Of a DNA stretch of 59,223 nucleotides, positions 46,624-56,000 are shown piece after piece. Origin of the DNA: an uncultured Oscillospiraceae bacterium (GTDB lineage: Bacteria; Bacillota; Clostridia; Oscillospirales; Oscillospiraceae). Within the stretch, counting starts at the first letter, position 1. Every line of letters starts with the position of its first letter. The notes beneath the pieces were generated by a model. That model was not told where the DNA came from, made no database searches, and worked only from the letters and a program-made list of their open reading frames with translations. The position numbers and the translations under genes are program-made. The stretch is from contig CAYWZB010000001.1 in assembly GCA_964462775.1 (NCBI GenBank), forward strand, positions 1 through 59,223. Reading direction: 5' to 3'.

Positions 46624-46645
46624 ATGCTCACGAGGTGAGGCAAAC

Positions 46646-48463
46646 ATGAAAGAGAACAAAAAACCAAAGTATTCTTCCGGCCAGTGCCTGGGCTATTTGT
46701 TTGACCTGGCATGGAAGCATCAGAAAAGCGTTCTGTGGATGGTGGTGCTTCTGGCGCTGGTGCAGGTGGGGGTGAATCTGACCCAACTGTATGTGGCACC
46801 GGAGATCCTGAGCAAGGTGGAATCCGCCGCGCCCTTGAAGGAATTGCTGGGCACGATTGCTCTGTTTACCGCCTTGCTCATGCCGCTGATCGGATTGCAG
46901 TATTATCTCAGCGAGGTGCAGACAGCAGGGCAGATCGAGCTGCGGAGCATGATCCTTGCTCAAGCCAGCCGAAAAAGCTGCAATACCTCCTATCCCAATA
47001 CTCTGGATCCCCACTTTCGCCGGTTGGGGGAGGCGGTGAATGCCGCCGGTGACGGAAACGACGGTGCTATGGAGGAGACTTGGCGAACCATGACGACCCT
47101 GCTGACGGATCTTCTGGGCTTTGCCATTTACCTGATACTGCTGAGCCGGGTGGACTGGGTGCTGATTGTGCTGACTCTGGCCGCCTCTGTGACCAGCTAC
47201 CTGTGCAGCCGCTATACGGAGCGGTGGAGCTATGCCCACCGGGAGGAAAGACACGAGCATTGGCAGCGGCTGAACTATGTGGCGGACAAAGCTCAGTCGG
47301 TGGAGCTGGCCAAGGATGTGCGGATTTTCAGCATCGGCGGCTGGCTGCGGGAAATCTACGCCGGTGCCCAAAGACTGCAGGAGGACTACACCAATCGCCG
47401 TGCCCGGCAGTTCGTGAAAGCCGATCTGGTGCAGTGGGTGGTGACCATTGCCCGGGAGGGGGTGTCCTACGGCTATCTGATCCACATGGCACTGACCGGA
47501 CGAATGAGCGCGGCGGAATTTCTGCTGTATTTTTCCGCCATCAGCGGCTTCGTCCGCTGGATCACCGGGATCCTGTCGGATGGTGCCACGCTGCGTAGAT
47601 TCTGCCTGGAGCTGAGCAGTGTGCTGGAATATCTGAACTACCCCGAGCCGTTTCGCTTTGAGGGCGGCCGCCCCATTCCCAAGGCAGACAGCTATCAGCT
47701 GAAGCTGGAGCACGTTTCCTTCCGCTATCCCGGAAGTGAGAAAAATCTCTTTACCGATCTGAATCTGACCATTGCCCCGGGAGAGAAGCTGGCAGTGGTG
47801 GGCTTGAACGGTGCGGGCAAAACCACACTGGTGAAGCTGCTGTGTGGCTTCTTTGACCCGGATGAAGGAAAGGTCACCCTGAACGATGTGGATATCCGGG
47901 AATTTAACCGGCAGGAGTATTATGGGCTGCTGTGTGCGGTGTTTCAGGAGTTTTCCGTGCTGGATGCGTCCGTGGCGGAAAATGTAGCCCAGAGCATGGA
48001 TCACATCGACCGGGAAAAGGTGGAACGGTGTTTGCAACTGGCGGGGCTGGATGACTTTATCCGCTCTCTGCCCCAAGGCCTGGATACCAAGGTCGGTCGG
48101 GATGTGTTTTTGGATGGAGTGCTGTTTTCCGGTGGTCAGACCCAGCGGCTGATGCTGGCGCGGGCGCTGTACAAGGGCGGTGCGCTGCTGGTGCTGGACG
48201 AGCCCACTGCCGCCCTGGATCCCCTGGCGGAAAATGACATTTACCGCAAGTATAACGAAATGAGTGCCGGAAAGACCTCCCTGTTTATCTCCCATCGGCT
48301 GGCGTCCACCCGATTCTGCGACCGGATCGTGTTCCTGGCTGATGGTAAGATCACGGAGGAGGGCACCCATGAATCGTTGCTGGCCAAGGGTGGCGCTTAT
48401 GCTGCGCTGTTTGCTGTCCAGAGCCGTTACTATCAGGAAGGAGGGGAGCTGCGTGGAGAATGA
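46646..48463 (+). CDS. ABC exporter, fused TMD-NBD subunit A
   Basis: N-terminal TM domain; GLNGAGKTT, FSGGQ, LDEPT, SHR. Confidence 0.93.
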   Translation: MKENKKPKYSSGQCLGYLFDLAWKHQKSVLWMVVLLALVQVGVNLTQLYVAPEILSKVESAAPLKELLGTIALFTALLMPLIGLQYYLSEVQTAGQIELRSMILAQASRKSCNTSYPNTLDPHFRRLGEAVNAAGDGNDGAMEETWRTMTTLLTDLLGFAIYLILLSRVDWVLIVLTLAASVTSYLCSRYTERWSYAHREERHEHWQRLNYVADKAQSVELAKDVRIFSIGGWLREIYAGAQRLQEDYTNRRARQFVKADLVQWVVTIAREGVSYGYLIHMALTGRMSAAEFLLYFSAISGFVRWITGILSDGATLRRFCLELSSVLEYLNYPEPFRFEGGRPIPKADSYQLKLEHVSFRYPGSEKNLFTDLNLTIAPGEKLAVVGLNGAGKTTLVKLLCGFFDPDEGKVTLNDVDIREFNRQEYYGLLCAVFQEFSVLDASVAENVAQSMDHIDREKVERCLQLAGLDDFIRSLPQGLDTKVGRDVFLDGVLFSGGQTQRLMLARALYKGGALLVLDEPTAALDPLAENDIYRKYNEMSAGKTSLFISHRLASTRFCDRIVFLADGKITEEGTHESLLAKGGAYAALFAVQSRYYQEGGELRGE

Positions 48464-50336
48464 AAAGAAATATTCCTGGAAGGAGATCCTCCGGCTGTAC
48501 CGCCGGGCTATCCGGGATATGAATCGGTTTTCCCCGGGATTTTTCCAGGTGAAGCTGTTGCAGGCGCTGCTGCGGGGACTCAGCCCCTATGCGACCGTAT
48601 GGCTGTCGGCGCAGCTGGTCAACGAGCTGGCCGGGGCGTGCCGAAGGGAAGTCCTGTGGATGTGGGTGTGCTGGACGGTGGGGGTCACCGCCGGTCTGGG
48701 ACTGCTGCGTATCGCTCTGAATCGGTGGGAGGAAAAGCTGGATACGTTGCACGATGCACGGAAGGAACGGATCTTTACCGACAAATTCTTTGATATGGAC
48801 TATGCGGATGTGGATGACCAGAAGGTGCGTGACCGCTACAAGCAGATCCGGCAGAATGAAAACTGGGCTGATTGGGGCTATAATCAGGCGGTTTACAGTC
48901 TGCCCCGTGCGGTGGAGGGCTTGCTGTCTGTCTGCGGCGCGCTGGGCTTGACGGTGAGCCTGTTCACTGCCCGGGTAACGGCAGAGGGCTGGCAGTGGCT
49001 CAATTCCCCCCTGCCTGTGGCAATTCTGGTGGGACTGATGGTGCTGCTGCAGCTGCTGACCAACCGCTGGGCGACCCAGCTTCTGGAAAAAAACGCGGCG
49101 CTGGCAGAGGAGGCCACCATGGGCAACCGCCTGTGGACGGCTGTATGCAAGCTCAGAGGAGCAAGCCACCGCAGCCTGGACAGCCGAACCTATCAGCAGG
49201 ACTGGATTATTGACCGACTGAACCGGGAGTCCCGAACCTTTGTGACAGGCGGAAGCTTCGACCGGCTGATGCGTGGTCCCTATGGCATCCGCTACAGCTT
49301 TGGACAGTCTCTCAGTGCGGTGCTGACCGGCTTCGTGTATGTGTTTGCCTGCTGCAAGGCCTGGGCAGGTGCCATTGCCATTGGTTCCGTGACCCAGTAT
49401 GTCGGTGCGGTGACGGCTATGAATGAAGGACTGGCAGTGCTGCTGGAGCACATGACCCAGCTGCGGAACAATGCCCCCTTTCTGGAAAACATCTTCACCT
49501 TTCTGGATACCCCAAACGCCATGTACCAAGGCAGCCTGACCACCGAAAAGCGGTCGGATCGACAGTATGAGGTGGAGTTTCGGAATGTGTCTTTCCAGTA
49601 TCCCGGCAGTGACCGCTGGGCTTTGCGGAATGTGAGTATGCGCTTCCGGGTGGGCAGCCGGCTGGCGGTGGTTGGAGAAAACGGCTCCGGCAAGACCACC
49701 TTCATCAAGCTGCTGTGCCGGCTCTACGATCCCCAGGAGGGGCAGATCCTGCTCAATGGCATCGACATCTGCAAGTATAACTACCGGGACTACATGGACA
49801 TCTTTTCCGTGGTGTTTCAGGATTTTCAGCTGCTGTCCCAGCCGTTGGGCGCCAATGTGGCAGGCAGCGGGGACTATGACCGGGAGCGGGCACGCAGGGC
49901 GCTGGTGGATGCCGGCTTTGGTGACCGGCTGGAGACCATGCCCCAGGGGCTGGATACCCAGCTTTACAAGGAGTTTATGGAAGACGGTGTGGAGGTATCC
50001 GGCGGCGAGGCGCAGAAAATCGCCATTGCCCGGGCGCTGTATAAGGACGCACCCTTCATCGTTCTCGACGAGCCGACTGCTGCTCTGGATCCTGTGGCCG
50101 AGGCGGAGATCTACAGCAAATTCAACGATATCGCCGGGGACAAGACGGCCATCTACATCTCCCACCGGCTGTCGTCGTGCAAGTTCTGCGACGAGATTGC
50201 CGTCTTTCAGGCAGGCACCGTGGTGCAGAAGGGCACCCACGAGGAGCTTCTTGGCCAGGAGGGCGGCCCCTACCAGCTGCTCTGGAATGCCCAGGCGCAG
50301 TATTACACCCGCCAGCCGGAAAATGGAGAAATTTGA
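48453..50336 (+). CDS. ABC exporter, fused TMD-NBD subunit B
   Basis: GTG at 48453 with AGGAGGGG RBS; GENGSGKTT, VSGGE, LDEPT, SHR. Confidence 0.93.
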   Translation: MENEKKYSWKEILRLYRRAIRDMNRFSPGFFQVKLLQALLRGLSPYATVWLSAQLVNELAGACRREVLWMWVCWTVGVTAGLGLLRIALNRWEEKLDTLHDARKERIFTDKFFDMDYADVDDQKVRDRYKQIRQNENWADWGYNQAVYSLPRAVEGLLSVCGALGLTVSLFTARVTAEGWQWLNSPLPVAILVGLMVLLQLLTNRWATQLLEKNAALAEEATMGNRLWTAVCKLRGASHRSLDSRTYQQDWIIDRLNRESRTFVTGGSFDRLMRGPYGIRYSFGQSLSAVLTGFVYVFACCKAWAGAIAIGSVTQYVGAVTAMNEGLAVLLEHMTQLRNNAPFLENIFTFLDTPNAMYQGSLTTEKRSDRQYEVEFRNVSFQYPGSDRWALRNVSMRFRVGSRLAVVGENGSGKTTFIKLLCRLYDPQEGQILLNGIDICKYNYRDYMDIFSVVFQDFQLLSQPLGANVAGSGDYDRERARRALVDAGFGDRLETMPQGLDTQLYKEFMEDGVEVSGGEAQKIAIARALYKDAPFIVLDEPTAALDPVAEAEIYSKFNDIAGDKTAIYISHRLSSCKFCDEIAVFQAGTVVQKGTHEELLGQEGGPYQLLWNAQAQYYTRQPENGEI

Positions 50337-50350
50337 TTTGTGAAAAGCCC

Positions 50351-50379
50351 TTGCGTAAGTCAGCGGAGTGTGCTATACT
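50351..50379 (+). promoter_or_regulatory. sigma-A promoter of the riboswitch leader
   Basis: TTGCGT, 17 bp, TATACT with extended TG. Confidence 0.7.
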
Positions 50380-50434
50380 CCTAAGTGTACATGAGCTATG
50401 CGGCGTTTTGCCGCGGTACGACAATTGCATATAT

Positions 50435-50582
50435 CAGCAGACAGTCGCTCTGCCCTTGGGGGCAGACGATGGAATGGGGTGAAAAGCCCCGCGAGTGGGT
50501 CACTGTGAAGCCGCCCGGAGGAAACCGGTGCGGATAAGTCAGATACGTCGGAACTGTTTGCTGCGGCACCTGCCTACACCGG
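50435..50582 (+). ncRNA. Cobalamin (B12) riboswitch, divergent
   Basis: Closing stem CAGCAGACAGT/ACTGTTTGCTG; GGAA-TGGGG-TGAAAAG-CCCC T-loop hairpin; CACTGTGA; B12-box-like AAGTCAGATAC; followed by a terminator and a DUF4430-like gene. Confidence 0.75.
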
Positions 50583-50617
50583 GACTGCCCAGTTTCCAAG
50601 ACGAAAAGTGTTTTTTT

Positions 50618-50660
50618 GCGTCTGCGTGGTCGGTCTGCCCACGCAGACGCTTTTTTATTT
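50618..50660 (+). terminator. Leader terminator (riboswitch expression platform)
   Basis: GCGTCTGCGTGG...CCACGCAGACGC-TTTTTTATTT, ending about 50 nt before the ATG. Confidence 0.88.
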
Positions 50661-50712
50661 CCCAAGGGAACAGTCAGCATGGCTCACACAACAAAAAAGG
50701 AGGAACAGCACA

Positions 50713-53034
50713 ATGAAAAAACGACTCGTAAGCCTGCTTCTGGCGCTGGCACTGCTGATCGGTATGCTTCCGATCCCCGGTCTGGCGGCGGAAGCGGAAA
50801 GCCCTGTCTCTCTGGGCAAGGTTCGGGTGATCGTGGAAAACAACACCGCGTCCCCGGCTCCTGGCGGCGGTTACGGCGCCTGGGCAGAGGGAGCGGAGCA
50901 ATGGAGCGGCATCCGGGTGGATACCCAGGTGGAGCTGTATGCCGATTCCACCATGCTCTCCTGTGTGGCAGCCGGTTTGGAGGGGCACAGCGTGGAGGGA
51001 CTGGACTCCGGCTGGATTACCGCCATCGACGGCCTGACGTATGATACCACCAGCTATGCCGGCTGGATGGGAAGCCTGAACGGCTGGTTTACCAGCATGG
51101 GCTTTTCGGAGTACACCTACGCCAGGGGCAACCTGCGTAGCGGCGATGAAATCCGGCTGGTCTACAGCGTCACCGGCGGCAGCGATGTGGGCAGCCTTGC
51201 GGACAGCAAGGACAAGAAACTTCAGAGCCTGTCGGTGGAAAACGGTGAGCTGAGCCGATCCTTTACGCCCACCACCACGGACTATGAACTGGTGCTGGGA
51301 GAGGCGGAGAGCCTGACGGTTTCTCTGGATGCCCAGGCGGCAAACCGGAACTTTCTGGTCTGCGCCTTCCGGCAGGATATGACGGTGGAGCAGGCCAAGG
51401 CGCTAGCGGAGGACAGCTGGTTCGGGGAGAATGCCCTGCGGATGGGGCAGCGCTTCCAGGTGAGTAAGGGCGATGTGATCACCGTTGTGGTGGGCGCACC
51501 CAACTGGCCCAGCATGGCCAACGGCACCTACGGCTGCAATGCGGAACTGGAGGATCCCTGGGTCTACCGGATCACCGCCGTGGAAGCAGCCACGGAAACC
51601 GGCGATGCCTTCGGCAGCTTCTTCTCCGGTCTGGAGGGTGTGGCTACGGTGGAAAACAGCGATCCGTACCCTATGCAGCCGGATGAAGCGGAAAACGCAC
51701 TGGTCAGCTCCAATGCGGCCGTGGGAAGCTCGGTTTCCGGCGTGGCGCTGACCTTCCAGAAAACGGCGAAGCTGAGCTTTGCCTATAAAACATCCTGCGA
51801 AAAGAGTTTCGACTATCTGAAGATCACCCTGGATGGCCAGGTGCTCAACGGAACGTATGGTGAAAAGGCAAACTACAGCGGTCTGATGGAGGAATACAAG
51901 ACCTATTCTCTGGAAGTCCAGGCAGGGCAGACCCTGCTGCTGCAGTACAGCAAGGACTCTTCCGGCGATAACGGCAGCGACTGCGTATGGCTGAAGGACT
52001 TTGCCGCAGAGCTGCCTTATCAGGTGGTATTCCATGCCAATGACGGCACCGGCGAGACGGTGACCCAGGGGATTTTCGGCAGCGCACAGCTGCGGAAGAA
52101 CACCTTCACCCGGGAGGGCTACCGCTTTGACGGCTGGGCTACCTCGGAGCAGGGGGCTTTGGTCTATGGGGATGAAGCGCCAATCACCATGGACGGCGGG
52201 GATGTGGCGCTGTATGCCCTGTGGACAAAGGTCTGGCAGGTCACCTTCCCGGAGCTGCCGGAGGACGCGGTGATTACGGTTTGGCAGGATGGGGTGGAGC
52301 AGCCGGTTTCCCAGACCCCCAACACCTGGATCCTTGCCGATGGCGAATATACCTTCTGTGCAGAGTGCTTCGGCTATGAGGAACTGCGGGATGTGGCGTT
52401 TACCGTGGCAGGGGCAGACCTGGCGGTTTCCCAACAGATGACGGAAACCGCAAAGCAGCAGGTTACCTTCCAGCTGTCCGGCCTTGCCGAGGATGCCACC
52501 GCCACGGTCACGGTGAAAAACAGCGAAGGCGCAGTGATGTCTCCGCTGGCGGAGGATCCGCTGGTGTACAGCCTGCCCAAGGGCAGCTACACCTACACCG
52601 TGGAAGCCAAGGGCTATCAGAAGCACAAGGAACAGCCCCTGACGGTGGAGGAAGAAGCCGTCACCATTTCCCTGACCATGGTCATTAGTCTGGTCTGGGA
52701 CGGCACCACGGCGGTGCCGGAGCAGGTGGACGGCGTGTACCGCATTGGCACGGCAGAGGAGCTGGCAGGCTTTGCCAAGCTGGTCAATGAGGGCACCACC
52801 GATGCCCGGGCAGTGCTGACAGCGGACATCTTCCTGAATGAGGAGGACGAGCTGACCCAAAAGTGGACACCCATCGGCAACGTGTCCGGGAAGCTATACC
52901 CTCCATGTCACTGCTCTGGGGGATGGAGAGGCCTACAGCGATTCCCCGGAGGCAACGCAGAATACCCAGTTCACCGTGCAAACGGGACTGGTCACCTTCA
53001 ACGTGACCCGCAGCGACGGCGAGAGCTTTTCTGA
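50713..53034 (+). CDS. Giant surface protein, N-terminal part (signal peptide, DUF4430-like, cadherin-like, InlB B-repeat, Ig/PEGA-like, start of a GLUG module); frame broken at ~52885
   Basis: AAGGAGG RBS; MKKRLVSLLLALALLIGMLPIPGLA signal; WITAIDGL...GWMGSLNGWF...GDEIRLVYS; VFHANDGTG...GYRFDGW...LYALW; after WTPIGN the last ~50 codons are atypical. Confidence 0.8.
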   Translation: MKKRLVSLLLALALLIGMLPIPGLAAEAESPVSLGKVRVIVENNTASPAPGGGYGAWAEGAEQWSGIRVDTQVELYADSTMLSCVAAGLEGHSVEGLDSGWITAIDGLTYDTTSYAGWMGSLNGWFTSMGFSEYTYARGNLRSGDEIRLVYSVTGGSDVGSLADSKDKKLQSLSVENGELSRSFTPTTTDYELVLGEAESLTVSLDAQAANRNFLVCAFRQDMTVEQAKALAEDSWFGENALRMGQRFQVSKGDVITVVVGAPNWPSMANGTYGCNAELEDPWVYRITAVEAATETGDAFGSFFSGLEGVATVENSDPYPMQPDEAENALVSSNAAVGSSVSGVALTFQKTAKLSFAYKTSCEKSFDYLKITLDGQVLNGTYGEKANYSGLMEEYKTYSLEVQAGQTLLLQYSKDSSGDNGSDCVWLKDFAAELPYQVVFHANDGTGETVTQGIFGSAQLRKNTFTREGYRFDGWATSEQGALVYGDEAPITMDGGDVALYALWTKVWQVTFPELPEDAVITVWQDGVEQPVSQTPNTWILADGEYTFCAECFGYEELRDVAFTVAGADLAVSQQMTETAKQQVTFQLSGLAEDATATVTVKNSEGAVMSPLAEDPLVYSLPKGSYTYTVEAKGYQKHKEQPLTVEEEAVTISLTMVISLVWDGTTAVPEQVDGVYRIGTAEELAGFAKLVNEGTTDARAVLTADIFLNEEDELTQKWTPIGNVSGKLYPPCHCSGGWRGLQRFPGGNAEYPVHRANGTGHLQRDPQRRRELF

Positions 53035-56000
53035 GGGCAGTCTGCCCCAGATCCGGGTGATTCTGGCGGACGGCATCACGGAGCTGTCTCTGGAAAACGG
53101 CATGGCGAAGGCATTGCCTCTGGGCAGCTATGCCTACCGGGTCAGCGCCAAGACCTTTGTGACCCAGACCGGCAGCTTTGCCCTGACGGAAGCCGGTGCC
53201 CGGTTCGACCTGGCGCTGGAATACAGCAGCGTCTGGGACGGTGAAACCGTTGTGCAGCCCCAGTTGACCGGGGGCGTTTATCAGATTACCAACGGCTATG
53301 AGCTGGCATGGTTCCGGGATGAGGTCAATAAGGCTACCCCGGAAAGCTTTGCGCTGAATGCCATTTTGCTGGATCACATTGACCTGGGCGGCTTTGACTG
53401 GACCCCCATCAGCCAGGTCACCAGCACCAGCGCCACGAAGGGCTATACCGGCACCTTTGACGGCAACGGCAAGACCATCACCGGGCTGAAGCCGGTGGGC
53501 AGTGCGGTGCAGTCCTACTCCAAGACGGAAACGATGGGTGCGGGTCTGTTCGGCTATGTGTATACCGGCGGCACGGTAAAGAACGTGACGGTGGAGGGTA
53601 CCATGGCGGCGGTGAAGCACTCCGGCGGTGTGGTGGCCATGCTGGCTGGCGGCACGGTGGAAAACTGTGTCAGCAAGCTGAATATCACGCTGGAGGAAAG
53701 CTGCACCGACGGCTTCGCCATTGGCGGCGTAGTGGGCTATATGACCAACTATTCGGACAAATCCGCCCGGGTGATCCACTGCCGGAACGAGGGGGACGTG
53801 CTGCTGGGTACCGCCGGACGCTATGTCGGCGGCGTGGTGGGCAATGCCTCCTACGGCGTGGAAATCGCTGAATGCGCCAACACTGGCGCAATCTCCGGCG
53901 GTGACCGAATCGGCGGAATCGTCGGTCACAGCAGCATCCCCCTGACGGCCTGCGTCAATACCGGTGCGGTCACCGGCAGTAAGGCTGCGGTGGGCGGCAT
54001 TGCGGGCTTTGCCAACAAGGAGACCGTCAACTGCTTCAACAGCGGCACAGTCACCGGCACGGCCGGAACCGTGGGTGGCATCATCGGCAGCTTGAGCAGC
54101 AGCACCTACGGTGCGGCGGTCAAGGGCTGCCTGAACACCGGCAGCGTTACCGGCGGCGAGGAGGCTGTGGGTGCGCTGGTGGGTACCAAGGCCAAAAATG
54201 ACACCGGAAAAGCGATTTTCGGCAGCTACTTCCTTGCCGGAACTGCCCTGCAGGCGGTGGGCGAGAACGTATCCGACACCGATGAGACTACCGTCATCAC
54301 TGCCCAGGAGCTGAGCGGGAAGAAGCTCATCGGTCTGCTGGGCGGTGCCTTCGCCAGCGTGCCGGGGGTGGATGCGCCGATGCTGCGCTGGCAGGATCCC
54401 GACGCTTTGAGTGTTGTGACTTTCCTGATCCCTCAGGGAGCGGAGGTCACAGTGGAGGGGCAGACGGCAGTGCCCCAGGAGCCGGGAGTCTATGCGCTGA
54501 CCAACGGCATCTATGCCTACGCGGTGACCAAGGCGGACTATCAGACCGTCACCGGCAGCGTCACCGTGGACGGTGAAAGCCAGAGCATTGCCGTGACCTT
54601 AGAGCCGGTGACCTATGCCGTGACCTTCACAGTCACTACCCCCGGCGTGACCATCACCGTCACCGATGCTCAGGGCAAGACCATCCAGCCCGATACCGAG
54701 GGCGGCAACGTATTCAGCCTGAGCCGGGGCGCTTATACCTACGCCGTTACCAAGTTTGGCTTTACCGGCGTGACCGGCAGCTTCACGGTGGAGGATCAGC
54801 TCCTGGCAATTCCTGCCATTACGCTGGAAGGCGCGGCGGTGCACTCCGTTACCCTGACCTTTGCGGAGGAGATGGAGCAGAGCATCGTCCCGGCATCGGT
54901 GACCGTCACCGCCTGGGACGGCACAGTGGTCACCCCGGACAGCGGCGAAGGCTTCCGCTACACCCTGCCTGACGGCACTTACACCTATGTGGTGGAGGAC
55001 AGCCGCTACTACCGGGTGGAGGCGCATTTCACGGTTCAGGGCGGCGATCTGGAGATTCCGGTGACGCTGGAGCAGGATCGCTCCTGGGACGGCACCACCC
55101 AGACCCCGGTCACCCCCAATGCTGAGGGTATTTATGAAATCGGCAGCGCGGCGGAGCTTGCCTGGTTCGCCGCACAGGTGGCGCAGGATCACACGGACTA
55201 CAACGCCAGACTCACTGCCAACATCTACATCAACTACAATGGCAGTACCAACGCCTGGACCCCCATCGGCAGCTACAGCCACCAGTACGCCGGTACTTTC
55301 GACGGCAATGGCAAGGCGGTTTACGGACTGGATACGGCGCTGTTCGGCTACAACGGCACCGGCAGCCTGGTGAAGAACCTGACGGTTTGGGGGCAGGTCA
55401 GCGGCGAGAGCAACGTGGGCGGCATCTGCAACGCCTCCTACGGTTCCTTTGAAAACTGCGAGAACCACATGACCGTCACGGCAACGGGACAGCGTGTGGG
55501 CGGCATTGTGGGCGTTTTGTACGCAGGCGGCCATATCACCAACTGTGCCAACTTTGGTGCAATCTCCACCAGCCATTCCGGATATTCCGAAAGCGGTGCG
55601 GCGGCAGACATTGGCGGTATCGTGGGTCTGAGCTACGCTCCGGTCAGCGGCTGCGCTAACTATGCACAGGTGACCGCCTCCTCGGATTCCTATGGCAGCA
55701 GCCATGCGGGCGGCATTGCCGGTCAGCTCAACGCCAGCCCCCTGACCCAGTGCTATAACCGGGGCACGGTCTCCGCAGCCCATCAGGCCGGCGGTATTGT
55801 GGGCACGGCCACCGGTGCGGAAGCGGTCATCACCGATTGCTACAGCACAGGCACCATCACCGTCATCGGCACGGCGCTGAATCCCCAGAGCGGCGCTCTG
55901 GTGGGCACCCTGATGAACAGCGCAACCCTGAGCAACGGCTATTTCCTCCAGGGCTGCTACACCTACTCCAAGGGTTCCACCAGCCACACCGACGAGCCGG

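Noticed and set aside
46537-46645. Agr/bacteriocin-type peptide precursor near the LytTR-kinase pair
   Set aside because: The gap is occupied by the operator, -10 and RBS; no small ORF with an RBS, and the ABC subunits lack a C39 peptidase domain.
7494-50240. Many long antisense ORFs (e.g. 7494-9377, 10806-12905, 14291-16594, 17664-19595, 33036-35042, 48351-50240)
   Set aside because: They mirror well-supported plus-strand genes, have no recognisable motifs or RBS, and are expected shadows of strong GC3 codon bias.
52861-52900. Programmed ribosomal frameshift joining the two surface-protein ORFs
   Set aside because: No slippery motif, and the domains on either side do not join into a continuous module.
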